A stretch of 30,571 nt of DNA from a virus (taxonomy: Duplodnaviria > Caudoviricetes): IMG/VR virus record IMGVR_UViG_3300032301_002006, positions 1 through 30,571 of that record, one strand, 5' to 3'. Below, in pieces: positions 24,801-30,571 of the stretch. A program made the translations under genes and the position numbers. The notes under the pieces were generated by a model. It made no database searches and was not told where the DNA came from. It was given only the letters and a program-made list of their open reading frames with translations. Numbering within the stretch: the stretch's first letter is position 1; each line of letters starts with the position of its first letter.

Positions 24801-27800
24801 GAAGGCGAACGAAGCCATGCAGGGTGCGAATTATTCGATTGGCAAGATTTCACCGCCAGATTCTGCGTGGCTTGGAAGGCCTCGCGATAAAGTTGATCTC
24901 GGCAGGCTTTCTCCGAAACTTTTGGAACTGCTTGGGAAGACTGATAAGCCTGTGATTCTAACTGCTGAAGTGGCAGAGAAAAATGCGATTCATCATCCTG
25001 AGATTACTTTCGAGGAAAGCAGGAATATAATTTCTTCGGCGTTGACCGCGCCAGATATTCTCATAAACGACAAACCAAAAACAAAACCCGACTATTGGAT
25101 TTTTGTTTCCGGTGCAGATAAGTCGGATTCCGTTCTTGTTGAGCTTTCGGAAACGAAAGACGCATTTGAAGTTGTCAACTGGATTGCCCTGCGTGGAGAA
25201 TCTGTCTCTCAGAAAATAAAGAGAGCTGGTCGTGAGGGTGGCCAAGTCCTCATTACCGGAGAATCCGGGGCAGCCGGCCTTTCTGCTCTTACGTCCAACT
25301 CCAAGGTGAAAATGGCACTGGATTCAATTGGTGTCAACTATTCCATCGGGAAAGCCGGTGAGGACCGAGTTTCTGCCGCGCTGGAATCACGCTTGAAGCG
25401 CAACCCGGTCGAGCGGCTGGCGGTCTATGCCCGCGCGAAGGCGGCATTTGATGTTGTCCGCAACCGTCGCGGCGACATCGACGGGGCTCAGGGTGCAGAG
25501 ACGAAGTTTGCCAAAGCACTGCAAAGCCTGGGCGAACTCGACGCGATCTTGAAAGTTCTGCCCCCGGAGATCCGGGGGAAAGTCGGCGGATATACCACCA
25601 TCGCCAAGATCGGGCAGGATACGAAGTCCGGTCCCGGCGTGCGGTCAATTGATAGGTTTCTGGAAAAGCGGGTCGAAATGGTTGGCCGGGAGATTGAAAA
25701 GTTCCTCAGCAAAGAATATCGCGCGGCCATAGACAAGCTGTTCAAAAAGTCATTGCCTTCAAAGTCGGATTCCGGCGTGCTCACAAGCACGCTGGGGCCG
25801 GAAGCGGCCAGTTTCGTAAAATCTGCCTACACGGCCAGCCTCATGGATGTTGATGGGGCTGCCGACAGACTTGCGGAAATCGAAGGGCTAATTGAAAAAG
25901 AGGAGGACGGGAAAAAGGCTCAGGCACTTGTCGAGGAATATGGGATTGTCAACATGTTCGGCGGACTCGCCGGGATGGACGTTGAGAAGCTTTCTTCTGC
26001 ATTGGATGAACTCAAAAATGTGGTCAAGGGCGGTCGGGAAAAATGGAGAATCCAGCAACAGGCAAGGGTTAAAGAAATTCGCGACCTCACGAAAGAGGGC
26101 GTTGACCGGCTTGGGAAAACAACACCCGAGGAACTGAACCTTCGCCTGAATAAAAAGGGCCGACTCGACTTCCTCAACAATGCCGGCAACCGGCATCTCG
26201 CGCCATTTCAGTTGATGGAAATGATTTTCGGGAAAGAGCATCCCATTACGCGCAAGTTTTCAGACGGGTTGCGGAAAGCATCGAACGAAAAGAACGCTCG
26301 GGATATGGAGGTTCGAAAGGGATTTGATGACGCCGCCCGCGTGGCTCTTGGATTCAAACCGGGACAGCGGGGAATGGGAATCCGGTTTGCCATAGATGCT
26401 GAACTTGCAAAACTCATGGTTCAAAAGCCAGGGGTTCAAGCCTTTCATGGTCGCAAGGTTCGGCGTGTTCAGATTCCCATCCCTCTTGCTGAGAAAATTG
26501 CGCGTGGAGAACTCGGGGAGTCGTCTCCGAAAGATGACTCGCTGACGGCCAAATTGGAGGAAGAGGGTGACATTACGATTTCCGAAGACTCGCTCCCGCC
26601 ACTCACCGGAAAAAACATCGAGACAATTCGCGAGGAACTGGCCGCCCACAATGAGCGAATGGCGAATCGGGATTTTGAGAAAATGAGCGACCCGAACGCA
26701 CGACAAGATGTCGGGCCGCGATTCATTCAAGTTGATCAGGTTTACCGTGAGGGAACGCTCGGGCCGCGCACGATAAGCGGGTTTGAGGCAATGCAATTCC
26801 TTGCGACATGGCGACAGCCGGACGGCAGGGCGCACATGGAGCGCAACGGCTTCACGGAAAAGAGCGTTCAGCAAATGGACCTGTTGGTTGACTCACAATT
26901 TGCGAAAGCAATTTACAACGAAATGCTTCGCCAATATGCAGCGGGCTACGATTCGCACAATTCGATATATCGCTCACTCTACGGGGTGAACATGCCAAGA
27001 AATCCGATTTACTCGCCGTTCGCGTTTCAATCCGAAACACCTTCGGATGCACCGATGATGCCGGGGGAAATGAGCCAGGCGGGCGGTATGATGGCGGGTC
27101 ATATCAAGTCTAGGACAAAGCATAATGCGCCAATCCAACAAGCGAACATGGCGCGGATGTTCTGGCGGCATTTCGACACTGCGAATTATTGGATCAGTCA
27201 CGCCTCGCTTGTTCGGGATATGCGGGCGGTGTTGCTCAATCGGGATCTGATGGATTCGGTCACGGTGTCTCATGGCCCGGCTGTGGCGCAGGCCATAAAG
27301 GATATGGTTCAGCTCTTCACGGATGGCGGGGCGCAGGTTAAGCACCGGGAATATGAGGAGATTTACACTCGCTTGATTCAAGGCATTTCGACCGTCACAC
27401 TCGGCTTCAAATTGTCATCCGTCGTGAATCAATCTGACGCGGCGATGCGTTTTTCCATGCGACTTTCGGCCAAGCAACAGCGGCGTGCACTCGCAAGCCT
27501 GTTGACTGGAAACTTCCTGCAAAAATACGGTCGGGCATTCAACAGCCAAACGGTTCAACAACGATTGCAACTTGGTTCAAATCCTATCGTCCGAATGGTT
27601 CGCGAGAACACCAAGTTTTCGCCGTCGTTTGCACTGCAGCTTGTCGAGGCCGGATATCTACCAATGCAGTATACCGATGGGGCACTCACTGCTTTTTCCG
27701 GCGCCGTCGTCTATGAGTCCGCATTTCTGGAGGCGAAGGATTCTGGCATGACAGACGCGCAAGCCGATATCTTTGCTGCGGAGGAAATGGACAGGGCAAT

Positions 27801-28422
27801 CTTTGAGACAGCGCAACCGGCTGACATGGCTCAAAAATCAATTGAGGAAAACATGGGGGATGCCTGGAAGCGGGGCTTGATGATGTTTATGTCTGACCAG
27901 CGCATGAAATTTGCCGCGTGGGGATCGGCATATCGGGGGCTCATTACCGATCAAAAGAACATTGGCGAACATGCCCGCGTGATTATTGCTCTCGGCGTGA
28001 TGGGCGTTTCTGGTGAGTTGGTTCGCGCAATGTATCGCGATTGGTTCACGGATGATGACGACGAAGAGGTTTGGAACTGGAAGAATTTCGCGCGGGCCTT
28101 TGCTCTGGGGCCGATTAACGGCTTTTTCATTTTCGGCAACATCATGGATTCCATCCTGAAAGGCTTCACCGGGGAGCACGTTTTTTCACCAAGCAGCCCG
28201 CTGACCAGATTCACGAATGATGTCACATCAACCGCGCGTTCTTTGAAAAAGAATCCTCTCGTCTTGGTGGACTTCCAAGACCCGGAGAAAACGATGCAAG
28301 CATGGAAGACGGCAGCCCGCGCCGCCGCCGCAGTTGACAAGCGAGCCGCGCTACCAGCCTACTTCATCAATTTAGCTGAACCACTTCTCGGCCTCGCAAA
28401 AAACATCGAGGAAGAGGACTGA
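21799..28422 (+). CDS. Large internal virion / polyvalent protein (gp16-like)
   Basis: About 2200 aa in the third ejection-protein position; E..QE..Q motif, a nuclease-like insert, and a hydrophobic helical C-terminal region. ATG 21799 overlaps the upstream stop. Confidence 0.85.
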   Translation: MRAIALEDVDDPGLMPVRKAIAIDPSEVNASRDTAESRLESLFTDDAALAEVSARPSVKLAMQASPLNDKIVKQAAIGAYLSHQLKRDVSPLEYPSARDGVARAEFGKENPSDEEMFALVRGKFEWKQKEEAAVDDLHVSAISQALDDAANGRQTSLAPTFQAWAQKYPDLVDGKNDSGYLTGAFKMYQQARWDVEKSAPIAGKGLNLLQQLSTGQGNEEELRSFAIDVSKMPTEDREKAYRYIALGAKARQVDLSVLDQNLKNFGESFTRGFDFLPQGAGQFDEGVARARLKEIEGGRFSMRDNEDGTATVLLGDFYGKEGTRQPTTEEIQSKAGELREILPMFQVMRELRALARNEVDPVKPQWGAEGSFGGTIEAGLLGLTGSVGLMGATAVNPMVGVSAYKSSELDRILLENPKMDWRAANQLAFVEGAANATIDRMQLGMLTGKLPIFGRMLAQIRSNTLRRTLKGAAMIAEQNIQEGAQDLIAPIAETFLAALREDMPDKDFSKLAAEWAGSRAETFWATLPLALIGMGAASVSDFKMEPRDALRAGFSEKQIKRISLSSSAAEADAVIQKEWEARTPENISKAATIIEQERTIAEAQQASSATATVRAVGNGEFAVDDKDGTEQLRTKDMDAALMAVRDINAASFSGQRSGIAEASVYIGQVNEAIGRGEDVQKLMTEQAPRSLLDEYNANPTSENLDRLFETVRFHGEEINDVSELGQYFVKASNRGSIKGDVYRSIIRVHEGANGLHVMRDFAQDNMKRAVAEGDVSIDWVRGQLAGLAGTNGFEGIRTESDTDVIESFSDVAVAYFHGRIKDAAIPAGLRGFLRKMAVFVKEIFIRSYRLKRAIADGKVGENFQQLLATSVGLDTDQIIAMEGEKAQRRMEREALDQLENGDFAQGGELLKVLKGAKLPDEKSPFWNEGFARLKEAVRETNKWKSASEKIKLSDLFSHDAVDPDLNVVGALQENGFDFFTVDDLTQAVEARIVSGNPQFGTKANEAMQGANYSIGKISPPDSAWLGRPRDKVDLGRLSPKLLELLGKTDKPVILTAEVAEKNAIHHPEITFEESRNIISSALTAPDILINDKPKTKPDYWIFVSGADKSDSVLVELSETKDAFEVVNWIALRGESVSQKIKRAGREGGQVLITGESGAAGLSALTSNSKVKMALDSIGVNYSIGKAGEDRVSAALESRLKRNPVERLAVYARAKAAFDVVRNRRGDIDGAQGAETKFAKALQSLGELDAILKVLPPEIRGKVGGYTTIAKIGQDTKSGPGVRSIDRFLEKRVEMVGREIEKFLSKEYRAAIDKLFKKSLPSKSDSGVLTSTLGPEAASFVKSAYTASLMDVDGAADRLAEIEGLIEKEEDGKKAQALVEEYGIVNMFGGLAGMDVEKLSSALDELKNVVKGGREKWRIQQQARVKEIRDLTKEGVDRLGKTTPEELNLRLNKKGRLDFLNNAGNRHLAPFQLMEMIFGKEHPITRKFSDGLRKASNEKNARDMEVRKGFDDAARVALGFKPGQRGMGIRFAIDAELAKLMVQKPGVQAFHGRKVRRVQIPIPLAEKIARGELGESSPKDDSLTAKLEEEGDITISEDSLPPLTGKNIETIREELAAHNERMANRDFEKMSDPNARQDVGPRFIQVDQVYREGTLGPRTISGFEAMQFLATWRQPDGRAHMERNGFTEKSVQQMDLLVDSQFAKAIYNEMLRQYAAGYDSHNSIYRSLYGVNMPRNPIYSPFAFQSETPSDAPMMPGEMSQAGGMMAGHIKSRTKHNAPIQQANMARMFWRHFDTANYWISHASLVRDMRAVLLNRDLMDSVTVSHGPAVAQAIKDMVQLFTDGGAQVKHREYEEIYTRLIQGISTVTLGFKLSSVVNQSDAAMRFSMRLSAKQQRRALASLLTGNFLQKYGRAFNSQTVQQRLQLGSNPIVRMVRENTKFSPSFALQLVEAGYLPMQYTDGALTAFSGAVVYESAFLEAKDSGMTDAQADIFAAEEMDRAIFETAQPADMAQKSIEENMGDAWKRGLMMFMSDQRMKFAAWGSAYRGLITDQKNIGEHARVIIALGVMGVSGELVRAMYRDWFTDDDDEEVWNWKNFARAFALGPINGFFIFGNIMDSILKGFTGEHVFSPSSPLTRFTNDVTSTARSLKKNPLVLVDFQDPEKTMQAWKTAARAAAAVDKRAALPAYFINLAEPLLGLAKNIEEED

Positions 28423-28448
28423 AAAAAACCTTCCAAAACCCGCAACAA

Positions 28449-28465
28449 TCGTCTTGACTGACACC
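28449..28465 (+). promoter_or_regulatory. TCGTCTTGACTGACACC box, copy 4, upstream of the tail-appendage genes
   Basis: 17-bp identity with 13259-13275; intergenic. Confidence 0.65.
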
Positions 28466-28485
28466 GCCAACAAAAATCCAAAATC

Positions 28486-28758
28486 ATGAACCTCACAGCC
28501 AACGGAAATACCAACATCGTCACTGATCCAGGCAGAGAATACGCTTTTTCTGTATCTGGGAGTTTTGGCGGCGGAACGCTGACACTGCAATGGGGGAGCG
28601 ATGGCGTCTATACGAGTTTCACGGACTCAGCCGGTGCCGTCGCGTTGACCGCCGCGGGCGCGCGCGTTGTGGTGGCACCAAGTCGCATCGTTCGTTTTGC
28701 TTTGGCCGGTGCCACAAGTCCAACAATCAATGTTGATTTCGTTCCGACGATCAAATGA
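28486..28758 (+). CDS. Small beta-rich virion protein
   Basis: VSGSFGGGT.TLQ...DG jelly-roll-like pattern; G/T/A-rich. Confidence 0.7.
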   Translation: MNLTANGNTNIVTDPGREYAFSVSGSFGGGTLTLQWGSDGVYTSFTDSAGAVALTAAGARVVVAPSRIVRFALAGATSPTINVDFVPTIK

Positions 28759-29573
28759 TTAGTGCGGTTCCAACGAGACACCTAGTTTCCAATCTCGCAT
28801 CGAGTCTCGTTGCGAACAGCGAGACTGCAGATATCGATGCGATGGCATTTGCCGCTCTCTCGGGCGCAATCGATGTTCAAGCATTGAGCGCGTTTGTGAA
28901 AGGCGTAAAGGCTCTCGGACTCTGGAATAACATGGTGTGCTGGCCGATGAGGAGCACACAGAATGCGGGGACGGGGACGCTGGCATTTTCGCTCGGAGGA
29001 CTTGAAACGACAAATGCAACTTTGGTTGGTGGGCCGACGTGGGGAACCAGCGGCATCACTACCGGAGCAGCGGCGTATTTGACATCGACGTATGCTCGGA
29101 CGATCACGGCGGCGAATCTTTCTATGTTTGCCGTATATACCGGGCTGACTCCGGGCTTGTCGCAGGTGTATTGCGGTTTCGGAAACACTGGCGCATCTGC
29201 TCCGTTGACGTGGAACGGATCGAATGGCGGCGGCGCGGTGAATATGCGCTCGTTCACGCGCAACGATGCAAATACAGGCTTCACTTACCCATCCTCCATT
29301 TCCGTAAACGGCGGAACGTTATCGGACGACAATACATTACCAGTGCCATCGGCGGGACTTGTTATGCAGACTCGGGGATGGCTCGGCACAGAGGGCGCGA
29401 TAACGCTGAATAACTTTGCTTGCGGGGGGGGGCTGCGGACAACATTCAGCGCTGCCGGCGTGGCGACATACGGAATATATGGCTACTTCCTTTTGCAACT
29501 GACTCAGCAGCAAGCAACAGATTTTTACAATCTCTACAAAACAACACTCGGCGCGGGACTTGGATTGCCATGA
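28755..29573 (+). CDS. Putative tail/receptor-binding protein with a concanavalin/LamG-like domain
   Basis: ALSAFVKGVK.LGLW..M..WP, ATLV.GPTW..SG and LT..Q....YNL; G/T-rich beta composition; ATGA-coupled. Confidence 0.65.
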   Translation: MISAVPTRHLVSNLASSLVANSETADIDAMAFAALSGAIDVQALSAFVKGVKALGLWNNMVCWPMRSTQNAGTGTLAFSLGGLETTNATLVGGPTWGTSGITTGAAAYLTSTYARTITAANLSMFAVYTGLTPGLSQVYCGFGNTGASAPLTWNGSNGGGAVNMRSFTRNDANTGFTYPSSISVNGGTLSDDNTLPVPSAGLVMQTRGWLGTEGAITLNNFACGGGLRTTFSAAGVATYGIYGYFLLQLTQQQATDFYNLYKTTLGAGLGLP

Positions 29574-29917
29574 GTTTTCAAACCGCAACTCGCATTTTAG
29601 CGGTATCGCCGGGATCGGTGGAGGCGTTGTTTTCTCAACTCGTCGCGACCTACGGTGAGGATCTGCCGGACGGCAGGGAGATCGTCAAGACCATCGGCGC
29701 GCACTGGGATGATACGGAGCACACAAGAATCCGAGCGGCAACTTTTCCAACAACGATCACAGGAATCCCGCTTACTGACGGGCGCGTGGCATTTGTGGCG
29801 ATGTGGCAAGCCGATCTCGCTGCGGAGTTTGACACAAACGGATTGCTTGGAGTGGAAGAATTGACAAAGGAGCAGTTTGCGGGGCTGATTCCACAACCCG
29901 AGGAGGAACTAATCTAA
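29570..29917 (+). CDS. Hypothetical protein (tail-associated)
   Basis: ATG 29570 overlaps the upstream stop; globular composition. Confidence 0.7.
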   Translation: MSFQTATRILAVSPGSVEALFSQLVATYGEDLPDGREIVKTIGAHWDDTEHTRIRAATFPTTITGIPLTDGRVAFVAMWQADLAAEFDTNGLLGVEELTKEQFAGLIPQPEEELI

Positions 29918-29921
29918 AAAC

Positions 29922-30290
29922 ATGCTAAATGCTCGACCACTCGCGCGGGTTAATGTTTCGCGTCTCGTTGAAGACGTGAGCGCCGGGACAGGTATCCCCG
30001 ATGCAACTGCAGGCATCGTGATTAATGGGGCGGGAATGACCAACTTTGCGATTCCCGTAACTGGAACTTTTAATGGGAAGAACAAATATGAGCGCGATTG
30101 GCCACCATTAGGCTCTTCATGCCAAATGCTATTCTTTGCCGGTGAATCCGGATTTAATGGCTGGTTCTTCCAGGTCGATGAAGAAGGATTTCAAAACGTA
30201 GCTTACGACTATTCCGGGCTAAATGTGCAGTACCCTTGGCTCGCAGTTTTTAATGCTGGCGGCGTCACTGTCACCAAAGAGACCGCCTAG
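29922..30290 (+). CDS. Hypothetical beta-rich virion protein
   Basis: I.GAG......G.FNGK..Y...W pattern and PW near the C-terminus; fits the operon tiling. Confidence 0.65.
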   Translation: MLNARPLARVNVSRLVEDVSAGTGIPDATAGIVINGAGMTNFAIPVTGTFNGKNKYERDWPPLGSSCQMLFFAGESGFNGWFFQVDEEGFQNVAYDYSGLNVQYPWLAVFNAGGVTVTKETA

Positions 30291-30322
30291 CCGCTTGATT
30301 GCCGATCACCTCGATTCAATTT

Positions 30323-30571
30323 ATGTCCGACCACGAACGCTCGACACTTGAAGAAGCTGTAATCGTCATTAAGACAAAGCTCGAAGAGCGCGAAAAGGCA
30401 CAAGACAGCATTGCTTCATGGCTTCAGGTTCTTGTAGCGGCATTTGTTTTGCAGCTTGTTCTAACAATCTTTTTGTCCGGGATTAAATGGAACCAGGTTG
30501 ACGAGCTAAAGAAAGACGTCACCAGCCTAGAAAGTTCGATGGCTGAAATTCAACGGTGGTATCGCAAATGA
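30323..30571 (+). CDS. Small membrane protein with coiled coils (holin-like candidate)
   Basis: One hydrophobic segment WLQVLVAAFVLQLVLTIFLSGI flanked by heptad-rich segments; ATG 30323 is preferred. Confidence 0.55.
   Translation: MSDHERSTLEEAVIVIKTKLEEREKAQDSIASWLQVLVAAFVLQLVLTIFLSGIKWNQVDELKKDVTSLESSMAEIQRWYRK

Noticed and set aside
1-30571. tRNA, integrase, reverse transcriptase/DGR, intron or intein
   Set aside because: No cloverleaf, recombinase or RT motifs, template/variable repeat pair or splicing signatures were seen by eye; tRNAscan and HMM searches would be needed to exclude them formally.

Overview
Continuous + strand segment of a tailed dsDNA phage or prophage with podovirus-type morphogenesis genes (T7/BPP-1-like organisation). 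From left to right: an accessory block (9-aa-repeat protein, SEC-C protein, macrodomain-like protein, J-domain protein, short amino-methyltransferase, C5-cytosine methyltransferase locus); a replication block (AEP/PriCT-2/SF3 primase-helicase, iteron-like origin, small winged-helix protein, RusA-like resolvase); packaging and head genes (TerS, TerL, portal, scaffold, major capsid, decoration protein); tail adaptor and nozzle; three internal virion proteins (one with a lysozyme domain, one of about 2200 aa); and small tail and membrane genes. The most notable items are four. (1) The C5 methyltransferase is encoded in two fully overlapping frames, with nine tandem W-x-[TS]-P modules and motif IX in the alternative frame, and a single +1 frameshift at about 2481-2486 swaps the halves. 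(2) The RusA-like resolvase has its N-terminal half in a nested ORF in another frame. (3) A stand-alone paralog of the primase's own C-terminal origin-binding domain lies across the origin from it. (4) A TGACTGACACC box precedes four gene modules. All family assignments come from motif recognition by eye; no database searches were run.
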